Assembly (NCBI GenBank): GCA_945871105.1
Contig: CAMBUO010000001.1
Coordinates: forward strand, 59,120-123,119
Direction of reading: 5' to 3'
Source of the DNA: an uncultured Clostridia bacterium
GTDB lineage: Bacteria > Bacillota_I > Bacilli_A > RF39 > UBA660
DNA: 64,000 nt
Both the position numbers and the translations under genes were made by a program. The notes beneath the pieces are model-generated. The model was not told the origin of the DNA and made no database searches. It saw nothing but the letters and a program-made list of their open reading frames with translations. How positions within the stretch are numbered: the first letter of the stretch is position 1; each line of letters opens with the position of its first letter. Below are positions 29,373 to 42,501 of this stretch, piece after piece.

Positions 29373-29458
29373 ACTTTTCACTCCTTTTACTTTTCTTACA
29401 ATAAAATAATATCATATAGTTTTTATTTTTTCAAGAAAAAAAGAAACTTTTTCAGTTT

Positions 29459-32465
<3,007 letters not shown>

Positions 32466-32482
<17 letters not shown>

Positions 32483-33374
32483 TTGGATATTCCCCTCTTT
32501 CTATTAATTTTTGTATTTCTGAAACAACATGTTCTTTATCTTCTTTATAAGTTACGCCTAACCATTTATCAATTGATTCTAAAATATAAACTTTTTTATC
32601 TTCTTGAATTTCTTTAAAAACAACATCAGGAATTAAATATTCACATTTTAGTAAATTATCTTGGTTTTCTTTAAAGAAATCAACCAAACCTTTTTCTAAG
32701 GTATCAAACATTAAAGGAGTAAAGCCAAAGAAATTCATAGATACTAAATCATTTCCTTGAACTTCAAAAGATTCTCTGCCATCAAGTGGTGAAGCTATTA
32801 TTTTATTATCTTTTTTCTCAATACCTGATTCAATTATGTTCGTTAAGTAATTATTTTTACTTTCACAAACACCACGTTTAACACTTCCATTTTCCGTCAT
32901 CGTATTTTTAACTCTAAAAGCTACCATGGCAAAACAATTTGGATCATTTGAATTATCAAAGAAATCTTTTATTTTTAAATAAGCATCTCTTCCGTAGAAA
33001 TCATCGGAATTAATCATAACAAAATTGGAATTTACTTTATCTTTGGCTGATAAAATAGCATGAGCTGTTCCCCAAGGTTTAGTTCTTTCACTTGGAATAT
33101 TTACAAACTCTGGTACATCATCAATTTTTTGAAAAGCATATTCTACTTGAATTTTTCCTTCAATTCGTTTACCAACTGTTTCACGGAATAAATCATACAT
33201 TTCTTCTTTGATAATGAAAACAACTTTGGTAAATCCTGCTTGAATAGCATCATAAATAGAATAATCAATAATAAACTCTCCATTTGGACCAACTGGTTCT
33301 ACTTGTTTAAGTCCTCCAAATCTTGATCCCATTCCGGCTGCTAATATTACTAATGTTAAATCTTTTTTCATCAT
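32466..33374 (-). CDS. Sugar-phosphate nucleotidyltransferase family protein
   Basis: LVILAAGMGSRFGGLKQ NTP-transferase motif, 302 aa. Confidence 0.5.
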
Positions 33375-33375
33375 A

Positions 33376-35526
33376 TCACACCTTTCTTAAACTCTTATGA
33401 CTATAGATTAATGTTTTAATACCATAAGGTAATTTAAAAGCAATTTTTAATAAAGTACGACTTTTATCTTTCTTGTTTTCAATTATTTCAACAACACTTC
33501 CCATACCAAAGTTTTCATGATAAACAATATCTCCTACTTTATAATCAAGATCAATATCCTTATAGTTATCTGAAACATTAACCTTCTCGTTAATATTATT
33601 ATAATCTATTTTTTCTTTTTTTGCATCTAAATTTACAAATTTTTCTTGATTAGTTTTTAATAAATCTTGATCGATTTCTTGAATAAAACGACTAACTCCA
33701 TTTACTTGTTCTTGACCATACATTAATCTAATTCTCGCATTGGATAAATATAATTTCTTTTTACATCTAGTAATTGCTACATAGCAAAGTCTTCTCTCTT
33801 CCTCAATTTCACTCTCTGAGAATAAACAATTTTGATGAGGAAATAACCCTTCTTCTAAACCAACCACAAAAACATAATCAAATTCTAATCCTTTAACAGC
33901 ATGAATAGTCATTAAACTAACAGCATTATTTTCTTCTTTTATCTCCGTATTATCACTAATTAAACTGACATTAAGTAAAAAATCTTCTAAAGAAATAACC
34001 CCTGCTTCATCTTCAAAAGCTTTAGCAACAGATTTAAATTCTTCTAAGTTTTCTAATCGAACATCAGCTTCTAAACTATGCTCATTAATTAAATCCTGTC
34101 GCATTCCTGTTTTATCTAAAACTAAATCAATAAATTCTACTAAAGGCATTGTATCTTTCTTTTGTTTTAATTCTTCAATCATATTTTTAAATACTAACTC
34201 TTTACCAGAATCAATAGCATCATATAAACTAGTATTAAAAAGAAGTGATCTGTCATATAAATTACTAATTGTTTTTAAACCAATTCCTCTTTTTGGAACA
34301 TTGATAATTCTTTCTAAACTAACATTATCATTACTATTATAAATAAGTCTTAAATAAGCTAATAAATTTTTAATTTCCATTCGACTGTAGAAATTCAATC
34401 CTCCTATTATTTTATAAGGAATATTAGCTTTTAATAAACCATCTTCAAAGACTCTTGATTGGGCATTAGTTCGATATAAAATAACAATATCATTTAAAGA
34501 AATTTGATTATCAATTAATTTCTTAATCTCAGAAACAACAAATCTTACTTCATCCATCCCACTCGTTGCCCTATAATAAGTTATTTTTTCTCCTAATCCC
34601 AAATTAGAATATAAATTCTTTTCTTTACGATTAATATTATTTTTAATAACCGAATTAGCTGCATTTAAAATAGTTTGACAACTACGATAATTCTCTTCTA
34701 AACGAATAACTTTCGTATTATGATAATCTTTTTCAAAGTTTAAAATATTTTGATAATTAGCTCCTCTAAATCCATAAATAGCTTGATCAGCATCTCCTAC
34801 ACAACAAATATTTTTATATTTACTAGCTAATAACTTTGTTAATTTATATTGAGCTTCATTAGTATCTTGATATTCATCAATTAAAATATATTTATATCTT
34901 TCTTGATACAAATTTAAAATATCTTTTTTTAAAGTAAATAATTTAATTGGTAAAACTAATAAATCATCAAAATCTAAAGAATTATTTTTTAATAAATCAT
35001 CTTCATATTTTTTATATACTTCTAAAACTATTTTATCAAAATCCGTTAAAGCATATTTAGCATAATTATTACTATCTACTAAATCATTTTTTAATTTACT
35101 AATTTGATTTCTAATAGCTCTTGGGTTATATTTATCCGGATCAAGATTCTTTTCTTTTAAAATCTTTTTAATAATAGTTAAGGAATCCTCACTATCAAAA
35201 ACAACAAAGTTTTTATCATATCCTAAATATTCATAGTTTTCTTTTATTATTTTTAAACCAAAACTATGAAAAGTTGATATTTGCATATATTTAGAGGAAA
35301 AACCTAATAGTTTACTAACTCGATCTTTCATCTCTTTTGCTGCTTTATTAGTAAAAGTAATAGCTAATATATTATCAGGTGAAATACCCTCCTCAATTAA
35401 ATAGGCAATTCTTGTTGTTAATACTTTTGTTTTCCCAGATCCTGCTCCTGCTAATACTAATAAAGGACCATTTATATATTTAACTGCTTCTATTTGTTCT
35501 TTATTTAATTTTTCTAATATGTCCAT
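33376..35526 (-). CDS. pcrA: ATP-dependent DNA helicase PcrA (UvrD family)
   Basis: GPLLVLAGAGSGKT Walker A, DEYQDTN, and the classic pcrA-ligA neighbourhood. Confidence 0.9.
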   Translation of the reverse strand: MDILEKLNKEQIEAVKYINGPLLVLAGAGSGKTKVLTTRIAYLIEEGISPDNILAITFTNKAAKEMKDRVSKLLGFSSKYMQISTFHSFGLKIIKENYEYLGYDKNFVVFDSEDSLTIIKKILKEKNLDPDKYNPRAIRNQISKLKNDLVDSNNYAKYALTDFDKIVLEVYKKYEDDLLKNNSLDFDDLLVLPIKLFTLKKDILNLYQERYKYILIDEYQDTNEAQYKLTKLLASKYKNICCVGDADQAIYGFRGANYQNILNFEKDYHNTKVIRLEENYRSCQTILNAANSVIKNNINRKEKNLYSNLGLGEKITYYRATSGMDEVRFVVSEIKKLIDNQISLNDIVILYRTNAQSRVFEDGLLKANIPYKIIGGLNFYSRMEIKNLLAYLRLIYNSNDNVSLERIINVPKRGIGLKTISNLYDRSLLFNTSLYDAIDSGKELVFKNMIEELKQKKDTMPLVEFIDLVLDKTGMRQDLINEHSLEADVRLENLEEFKSVAKAFEDEAGVISLEDFLLNVSLISDNTEIKEENNAVSLMTIHAVKGLEFDYVFVVGLEEGLFPHQNCLFSESEIEEERRLCYVAITRCKKKLYLSNARIRLMYGQEQVNGVSRFIQEIDQDLLKTNQEKFVNLDAKKEKIDYNNINEKVNVSDNYKDIDLDYKVGDIVYHENFGMGSVVEIIENKKDKSRTLLKIAFKLPYGIKTLIYSHKSLRKV

Positions 35527-35559
35527 AAATACCTCTATTTGATTATACTATAAATAAAA

Positions 35560-35590
35560 AGAAAAAGGAACAATTTGTTCCTTTAATTAC
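35560..35590. terminator. Bidirectional hairpin terminator
   Basis: AAAGGAACA-ATT-TGTTCCTTT with flanking T/A runs. Confidence 0.55.
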
Positions 35591-35601
35591 ATATATTAAT
35601 T

Positions 35602-36540
35602 TTATTTTTTATTATTTAATTTATTATAAATCGGTAATAAAACTTTTTCATATCTATAAACTAATAAGTTATAATAAACCAATCTTTGTTCTTTCGAAAA
35701 TACTTGAATATTATTATATTCATATGGAATTGTATCAAAAAAATCTTTAATTTTCTTTAAATCAATTTTCGGTACTATTCTTAAAATAGCTTGATTTAAT
35801 TCTTCATTTTGCATACTTTCTATATATTTTAAAGGATTAATTTTTTTATCATTTAATGAAAAAACTGAAATACTACTATCATATGCTAATTGTTTAAATT
35901 TATTTTCATTATCTAAAAAAGATTGTAATTTAGAATTATCAGATTTATTACAAAATGCAGCACCATTATCATAAACAGGAGCTAGTCTTAGAACAGAATT
36001 TTCTTTATTTAGTACTAATCCCCAATTTCTTTCATTTCGATCATTATTACCGATTAAAGCATCAACAACAAACATATCATAAAATCTTTTTCTTAAATCT
36101 TCTATTTTTCTAAAATAAATATTTGTTGACATTAAAATAAATAATTCTTGTAAATCTTCACTTTGTGAATAATTTGTTGAAATTTTCTCTAATTCATTTT
36201 CAGTTTCCAGACTGTATTCATTTTTTATTTCATTATAACTTAGGATTATTTCACTTGAATCTAGAAAATCTTTGCAAGCTACTACTAATTTATTATCTTT
36301 AATGCCTAACTTAGTTTCATGAACATCAATACCAATTATTTTATAAATATTAGAACCTAAATATTCGGATAGAGGGGTTGTTGTATACGATAGATTTTTA
36401 ACATCCATACTTTTAGTTGTTTTTGGATATTTTAAAAACCATCTTTCATTATCAAACAAAACACCACTTTTACTACCGCCGTGACCACCATATGCAATAC
36501 CACTACTTTTTAAATTATTAAAATTTTCTATCTTAATCAT
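35602..36540 (-). CDS. HipA-like serine/threonine kinase lacking the HipA N-terminal subdomain (HipT-like)
   Basis: IAYGGHGGSKSGVLFDNERWFLKYP compares with HipA SVAGAQEKTALLRIGNDWCIPKG. DALIGNNDRNERNWGLV compares with the HipA catalytic loop LIGATDGHAKNFSV. RLAPVYDNGAAF compares with LTPFYDIISAF. 312 aa. Confidence 0.6.
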   Translation of the reverse strand: MIKIENFNNLKSSGIAYGGHGGSKSGVLFDNERWFLKYPKTTKSMDVKNLSYTTTPLSEYLGSNIYKIIGIDVHETKLGIKDNKLVVACKDFLDSSEIILSYNEIKNEYSLETENELEKISTNYSQSEDLQELFILMSTNIYFRKIEDLRKRFYDMFVVDALIGNNDRNERNWGLVLNKENSVLRLAPVYDNGAAFCNKSDNSKLQSFLDNENKFKQLAYDSSISVFSLNDKKINPLKYIESMQNEELNQAILRIVPKIDLKKIKDFFDTIPYEYNNIQVFSKEQRLVYYNLLVYRYEKVLLPIYNKLNNKK

Positions 36541-36787
36541 ATAAACCTCCGTATTTAAATAAAATCATTTTATAATCATAACTAGTTATATAACCTCTAG
36601 AATATAAAGTTTTAGAAGTTATTTCTAATTCATCAAATACTAAATCGTAGTTAAACCAATCACCAGTTTTATCATATTCTTCTAATTTTTTTATTAAGTC
36701 AACTAAAGTCTTTGGTAATTTTTGATAATTATATTTTATATTATGATCATATAATGGTACATCAGATTTAAAGGGATCTTTTTCCAT
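36533..36787 (-). CDS. Small acidic protein (84 aa) translationally coupled to the HipA-like kinase, candidate cognate antitoxin or HipS-like partner
   Basis: ATG at 36785-36787 with AGGAG 8 nt upstream and a TGcTATAAT extended -10 further upstream. Its stop overlaps the kinase start (ATGATTAA, 8-nt overlap). No HTH recognisable. Confidence 0.4.
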   Translation of the reverse strand: MEKDPFKSDVPLYDHNIKYNYQKLPKTLVDLIKKLEEYDKTGDWFNYDLVFDELEITSKTLYSRGYITSYDYKMILFKYGGLYD

Positions 36788-36880
36788 ATAACACACTCCT
36801 ATAATGATTATAGCATATTTTTAAATAAATCATTATTTTATTACGAAAAAATTAGTTAAAATTTTAACTTTTAACTAATC

Positions 36881-38914
36881 TTATTCTTGAGTTTCTATTT
36901 GGTAACCACATTCATTACAAACAATACTATCTTGTTTTTTAACTAACATACCACCACATTTTGGACATTTATTACCAGTTGGTTCATACCAATAAGCCGT
37001 TTTACAATCTGGATAATGATTACATCCATAGAAAACTTTTCCTTTTTTACTATGTCTTTCAACTATTTGACCATTGCAATTTGGACAATTAATAATTACT
37101 TTTTGCTCTTTTATTTCCTTTTTTACATACTTACAATTTGGATAATCACTACAAGCTGTAAATGAGCCAAACTTACCTTTACGAATTACTAAAGGACTTC
37201 CACATTCGGGACAAATTTCTCCTGTTTCTTCTGTTTTTTCCTTAGGCATCGTTTCAAAAGCTTTCTTTAAAGTTTCATCAAATACTTGATAAAAATCATT
37301 TAAAACATCGAGATTATTTATTTTACCCTCTGCTATTTCGTCTAAATCTTTTTCCATATTAGCTGTATATTTAACATTGATAATATTACTAAAACTTTCT
37401 TGTAATTTATCAGTTACTTGAATACCAATATCCGTTGGTTTAAACTTTTTATCTTCAATTGTTACATAGCCACGATCTTTAATATTAGCCATAATAGTTG
37501 CGTAAGTTGAAGGTCTACCAATTCCAAGTTCTTCCATTTCATGAATTAATTTAGCTTCTGTGTATCTAGCTTTTGGTTTTGTTTGATGTTCTTCGTATTT
37601 TAAATCATCAGATTTTATTAAAGTATGAAGTTTACTTGTTAAATCCGGTAAAACAGTATCTTTTGTATCTTCAAACTCACTATAAACTTTTAAATAACCA
37701 TCAAAAGTAATAACGGAACCCGTTGCTTTAAACTTATAATCATTATTATCAAGAACAATCGTTGTTTGTAAAGTTTTAGCATCACTCATTAAAGATGATA
37801 ATGTTCTTTTATAAATTAAATTATATAATTTAAATTCATCATTGGTTAAATATTTTTTTATACTATTAGGTTCTCTTAAAATACTTGTTGGACGAATAGC
37901 TTCATGAGCATCTTGAACATTATCAGTTTTCTTACTTTTTTTAACGTAACCAACGTATTTTTGACCAAAATTATCTTTAATATAATTAAATGTTGGTCTT
38001 GTAAATTCATCACTTAAACGAATAGAATCTGTTCTCATATAAGTAATTAAACCAACTGTTTCGCATCCTATATCAATACCTTCATACATCTTTTGCGCTA
38101 ACATCATCGTCTTTTTAGCACTAAAACCTAATTTAGTTGATGCTTCTTGTTGCATAGTTGAAGTTGTAAAAGGAAACTTACTAGTTTTATTTTTACTTTT
38201 GGAATCAATACTTTCTAAATAAAAATCAGGATTTAATTTACTTAAAATATTATTAACTTCCTCTAAACTTTTAATTTCCAAGTCATCAGTTTTATATTTA
38301 AAAATATCAGCTGAAAAATCAGGAAATATGGCTGTTATAGAATAATATTTTTCAGGAATAAAAGCTTCGATTTCTCTTTCTCTATCAACAATTAATTTTA
38401 AAGCCACACTTTGAACACGTCCGGCACTAGTTCCATTTGTCTTTGATTGCATTAATCTACTTAAACGAAAACCAATAATTCGATCTAAAAATCTTCTTGT
38501 TTCTTGACTTTTTACTAAATTATAATCAATTTTACGAGGATTTTTAATTCCTTCTAAAACTTTATCTTTCGTGATTTCATAAAATAAAACTCGATCATAT
38601 TTATTGTCTTTAATACCTAAAGTATCATATAAATGCCAAGAAATGGCTTCCCCTTCGCGGTCGGGGTCGGTTGCTAAATAAACTTTATCAGCTTCTTTAA
38701 CTAACTTTTTTAATTCTTTAATTACTTTATTTTTTCCTTTAATAGGAACGTAATTTGGTTTAAAACCATTTTCAATATCTATACCAAGACCATATTTACC
38801 AGTTGTTGCTAAATCTCTTATATGACCAATACTAGAAACAACTTTATAATTTGATCCTAAATATTTTTCAATTGTTTTACTTTTAGCTGGGGATTCAACT
38901 ATTACTAGATCCAT
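36881..38914 (-). CDS. topA: DNA topoisomerase I
   Basis: N-terminal TOPRIM (MDLVIVESPAKSKTIEKYLG), active-site Tyr region, and three C-terminal C4 zinc ribbons. Confidence 0.95.
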   Translation of the reverse strand: MDLVIVESPAKSKTIEKYLGSNYKVVSSIGHIRDLATTGKYGLGIDIENGFKPNYVPIKGKNKVIKELKKLVKEADKVYLATDPDREGEAISWHLYDTLGIKDNKYDRVLFYEITKDKVLEGIKNPRKIDYNLVKSQETRRFLDRIIGFRLSRLMQSKTNGTSAGRVQSVALKLIVDREREIEAFIPEKYYSITAIFPDFSADIFKYKTDDLEIKSLEEVNNILSKLNPDFYLESIDSKSKNKTSKFPFTTSTMQQEASTKLGFSAKKTMMLAQKMYEGIDIGCETVGLITYMRTDSIRLSDEFTRPTFNYIKDNFGQKYVGYVKKSKKTDNVQDAHEAIRPTSILREPNSIKKYLTNDEFKLYNLIYKRTLSSLMSDAKTLQTTIVLDNNDYKFKATGSVITFDGYLKVYSEFEDTKDTVLPDLTSKLHTLIKSDDLKYEEHQTKPKARYTEAKLIHEMEELGIGRPSTYATIMANIKDRGYVTIEDKKFKPTDIGIQVTDKLQESFSNIINVKYTANMEKDLDEIAEGKINNLDVLNDFYQVFDETLKKAFETMPKEKTEETGEICPECGSPLVIRKGKFGSFTACSDYPNCKYVKKEIKEQKVIINCPNCNGQIVERHSKKGKVFYGCNHYPDCKTAYWYEPTGNKCPKCGGMLVKKQDSIVCNECGYQIETQE

Positions 38915-38978
38915 TTTTCACCTCATTAATAATTTATACTAAGATTTTTTTTATTTGTCAACCACTATTTTCATTTTT

Positions 38979-39209
38979 TTAAACTTTGTAATCAATTAAG
39001 ATAACATCTTCTCCTATACGAATAATATTTTTAAACTCTATTTCAACTCTTTGACTACCTTTAAAAGAAAAAACACCTTTAAATGGTTCAACCACAAAAG
39101 ATAAAATATTACCTGTTTTAGGATCAATAATGCAATCCATAATATTTCCAATTTTCTTGCCATCATTCATGTTAACAACATCTTTGTTTTGAAATTCAGA
39201 TAAATTCAT
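38979..39209 (-). CDS. YlmC/YmxH family PRC-barrel protein
   Basis: 76 aa, with the NMNDGKKIGNIMDCIIDPKTGNI pattern typical of YlmC/YmxH. Confidence 0.55.
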   Translation of the reverse strand: MNLSEFQNKDVVNMNDGKKIGNIMDCIIDPKTGNILSFVVEPFKGVFSFKGSQRVEIEFKNIIRIGEDVILIDYKV

Positions 39210-39240
39210 CTTATCACCATTTAAAGATATGCTTTTAAGT

Positions 39241-40467
39241 TTAATTTATTTCATAGTATTCACTTATATTTAAAGTAATATTATTACTATTCTTTTTATA
39301 TAAAGTAAATAAAGTATCCCCAATATTTACTACATCACCTACTTGTTTATTTAAAATAATACCTACTCCATAATCAATTGTATCTTCTTTATTAATGCGA
39401 CCAGCTCCAAGAGAACAAGATAGTTTACCAATATTTAAAGCTTTAATATTAGTAATAACTCCTGCTTTTTCACTTTTAATTTCTTGTTTAAATTCACTTA
39501 CTTTTAATTTTTCTATCTTTCCACCTTGATATTTAACAAATTGATAAAATTTTTCTAAAGCCATGCCACTTTCAAGACTATTAATAACTTTTGTTTTAGC
39601 TTCTTCTAAACTAATATTTAAAGATACTTTTACCATTTCACTAGCTAATTGAATAGAAAGATCAGTTAATCTTGATTTTTTACCCTTTAATACCTCAATT
39701 GCTTCCATAACTTCTATAGCATTACCTATATTTGATCCAAGAGGAATATTCATATCCGTTACTTCGCATATTGTTTCACGATTATAAAAATTTCCTATTC
39801 TTTCCATAATATCTTTTAATTTTAAAGCATCTTCATTATTTTTAATTAAAGCCCCTTCACCACATTTAATATCAATTAAAATTTTATCAGCTCCCCCAGC
39901 TATTTTTTTAGACATAATACTCGTGGCAATTAAAGGAATAGATTCGGTTGTTCCAGTTACATCACGAAGAGCATAAATAACTTTATCTAAAGGACACAAA
40001 TTACTAGTCTGACTAGTTACAGCAAACGAAACATCTTTTAATTCTTGAATAAATTCTTCTTCCGTTAAATTAACCTTAAAACCTGGGATACTTTCTAATT
40101 TATCAATAGTACCACCGGTATAGCCCAATCCTCTTCCACTCATCTTTGGAACAATAACACCTAAACTAGCAACAATAGGTCCAATGATTAAAGTAATTTT
40201 ATCCCCAATACCACCAGTAGAATGTTTATCTACTTTGATTCCCTCTAAAGAACTTAAATCAAGACAATCTCCTGATTTAATAAAAATATCAACTAAATCA
40301 AATATTTCTTGATCAGTCATTCCATTAATACAAATAGCCATCAATAAAGCTGACATTTGATAATCTTTAATATTGTTTTTTAAATAACCAGAAAAAGCAT
40401 AATCTAGTTCTTCTTTACTTAATTCTTCATTTAATCTCTTTTTAGTAATAATATCTATTATATTCAT
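39241..40467 (-). CDS. pdp: Pyrimidine-nucleoside (thymidine) phosphorylase
   Basis: IIDIITKKRLNEELSKEEL…SALLMAICINGMTDQE…DKHSTGGIGDKITL is family 3 glycosyltransferase. Start taken at the internal MNIIDI with a GGAGAG RBS. Confidence 0.85.
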   Translation of the reverse strand: MNIIDIITKKRLNEELSKEELDYAFSGYLKNNIKDYQMSALLMAICINGMTDQEIFDLVDIFIKSGDCLDLSSLEGIKVDKHSTGGIGDKITLIIGPIVASLGVIVPKMSGRGLGYTGGTIDKLESIPGFKVNLTEEEFIQELKDVSFAVTSQTSNLCPLDKVIYALRDVTGTTESIPLIATSIMSKKIAGGADKILIDIKCGEGALIKNNEDALKLKDIMERIGNFYNRETICEVTDMNIPLGSNIGNAIEVMEAIEVLKGKKSRLTDLSIQLASEMVKVSLNISLEEAKTKVINSLESGMALEKFYQFVKYQGGKIEKLKVSEFKQEIKSEKAGVITNIKALNIGKLSCSLGAGRINKEDTIDYGVGIILNKQVGDVVNIGDTLFTLYKKNSNNITLNISEYYEIN

Positions 40468-40519
40468 AATCTCTCCTATACGTAATATTATACAAAAGAA
40501 AAGAAAAATATTCAATCAA

Positions 40520-41569
40520 CTATATTTTTCTTTTACACTTATTTAAAACTTTATCTATCTTAACAACTAATAATTTATATTCATTAACTATATCTTTATC
40601 TAAACTTATATTTCTATATCTTTGATTATAAATACTTCCAAGAATATCTAAATCACTTTTATCTAATTCTTTAAGTATAATGTCCATTTCTTGAACAGAA
40701 AATTTCATAAAATATTCTCTAATCGTTTGAAAAGAAATAGTTTCGCTACTAGATACATCTTCATATTGTAAATTATAAGTATCGTTATTAAGATAACAAC
40801 ATAATAATTTAGCTACATCTGAATGTCTTATTTTTTGAAGTATACTTAATTCTATTTGTTTAACACGACCACGACTAATTTTCATAATTTTAGAAACTTC
40901 TTCAAACGATTTAGGTTTACCACCAAAACCATATCTTAAATAAATTATTTCAAATTCACGATTATTTAAATAATTTTTTAAAATCTTTAAAACTTCCCCT
41001 TTTTTCATTTTTTTAAATACTTCTTCAAAAATATCAACATTCTTATCTTCAATTAAATCTCCTAATTCTATAGAATCATCGAAAACCATTGTATTTAAAC
41101 TAATAGGTATATTATTATACATCTCTATTTCTTTTAATTTTTCAACAGAAATACCTAAAATATTAGCAATTTCTGAATCTTCTACTGAATGATTTAAATT
41201 ATTTGTCATTTTACTTCTTAAATAATTAATCTTTCTATTTAAACGATAAATATCTATTGGTATATGAACACTTTTTGATTGCCTTTCAACAAAACTATGA
41301 ATAAATTGTTTAATCCAAAAAAAAGCATAAGTTGAAAAAGCAGTATCCCTTTGATAATCAAAAAGATCAACTGCTTTAATAAGACCAATTTTTCCCTCTT
41401 CGATTAAATCTTCCAAATCAATACCATAATTACGATAACTATTAGCAATTTTATATACCAAACCAAAATTTTTAATAATTAATTTATCTCTAGCATTCAT
41501 ATTACCATTATGATATTCCATAAACAATTTATTCATTTCATCTCTTGTTAATATTTCTTTTTCTTCCAT
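40520..41569 (-). CDS. Sigma-70 family RNA polymerase sigma factor with an ~95-aa C-terminal extension
   Basis: Region 2 (DLIEEGKIGLIKAVDLFDYQRDTAFSTYAFFWIKQFI) and region 4 HTH (SFEEVSKIMKISRGRVKQIELSILQKIR), followed by about 95 non-homologous residues. Confidence 0.7.
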   Translation of the reverse strand: MEEKEILTRDEMNKLFMEYHNGNMNARDKLIIKNFGLVYKIANSYRNYGIDLEDLIEEGKIGLIKAVDLFDYQRDTAFSTYAFFWIKQFIHSFVERQSKSVHIPIDIYRLNRKINYLRSKMTNNLNHSVEDSEIANILGISVEKLKEIEMYNNIPISLNTMVFDDSIELGDLIEDKNVDIFEEVFKKMKKGEVLKILKNYLNNREFEIIYLRYGFGGKPKSFEEVSKIMKISRGRVKQIELSILQKIRHSDVAKLLCCYLNNDTYNLQYEDVSSSETISFQTIREYFMKFSVQEMDIILKELDKSDLDILGSIYNQRYRNISLDKDIVNEYKLLVVKIDKVLNKCKRKI

Positions 41570-41688
41570 AATAATCCCTTTTTCGGCTATATTATAGCAA
41601 AAAAGATTAAGAATTTCAATTATATTTTATTTTTCGTCTGCAACATGTGAATAATTGGTTAACTAACATTTTCACTAATTACTCACAA

Positions 41689-42501
41689 TTAACTTAAAAT
41701 ATTTAATACTTTTTCAAATATTTCTTTTATATTTAATTTTGTAAAATTAATAATAAGTAAAGCAAGTACAATAAAAGGTCCATAGGGAATAACATGTTCT
41801 TTGTTTTTGACTAAAACTATTAAGGAAACAGGTAAAGCTATTATACTTGATAAAAATAAAACAATAATACCTAACATAGGATCTAAAGTTAAACCAACTA
41901 CAAACATAAGTTTAATATCCGCTCCTCCTAAACTTTCTTTTTTAAATAAGAAGTTTCCTAAAAGCATAACTAAATACATTAAACCAAAACAAAGTAATCC
42001 ATAACCTAATTGAATTAGGCCATTTTTTAATCCTTGATCTAATACTTTCATAATAAAAATTACAATACTAGATACAACAATAAATCGATCGGGAATAATT
42101 AAATAATTAATATCTGAAACTATTACTAACATGAATAAACTAATTAAAGTTAAAGATATAACTAATTCATATGATATTTTAAAAGAATGATAACTTACAG
42201 CAAATAAAATACCTGTTCCAAGTTCTAAAATTGGATATAAAATAGATAATTTGGTTTTACAATTATTACATTTTCCTCTTTGCAAGAAATAAGAGAAAAT
42301 GGGTATTAATTCATACCATTTTAAAATATGGTTGCATTTTTCACAATGACTTCTGGAGTTAAAAGTATTTTCATTTCTAGGTATTCTTATTCCTAAAACT
42401 CCATAGTAAGATCCTAAACAAGCTCCTATTAGGAAAAAGAATATATAATAATAAATTTCCATATTACTGAATAACCTTATACATTTCAAACATTGGAACA
42501 A
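41689..42501 (-). CDS. Prepilin peptidase (A24 family, PilD/ComC-like)
   Basis: N-terminal Cys-rich zinc motif (CEKCNH…CNNC), eight TM helices, conserved Asp-containing loops. Confidence 0.75.
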   Translation of the reverse strand: MFQCLKCIRLFSNMEIYYYIFFFLIGACLGSYYGVLGIRIPRNENTFNSRSHCEKCNHILKWYELIPIFSYFLQRGKCNNCKTKLSILYPILELGTGILFAVSYHSFKISYELVISLTLISLFMLVIVSDINYLIIPDRFIVVSSIVIFIMKVLDQGLKNGLIQLGYGLLCFGLMYLVMLLGNFLFKKESLGGADIKLMFVVGLTLDPMLGIIVLFLSSIIALPVSLIVLVKNKEHVIPYGPFIVLALLIINFTKLNIKEIFEKVLNILS

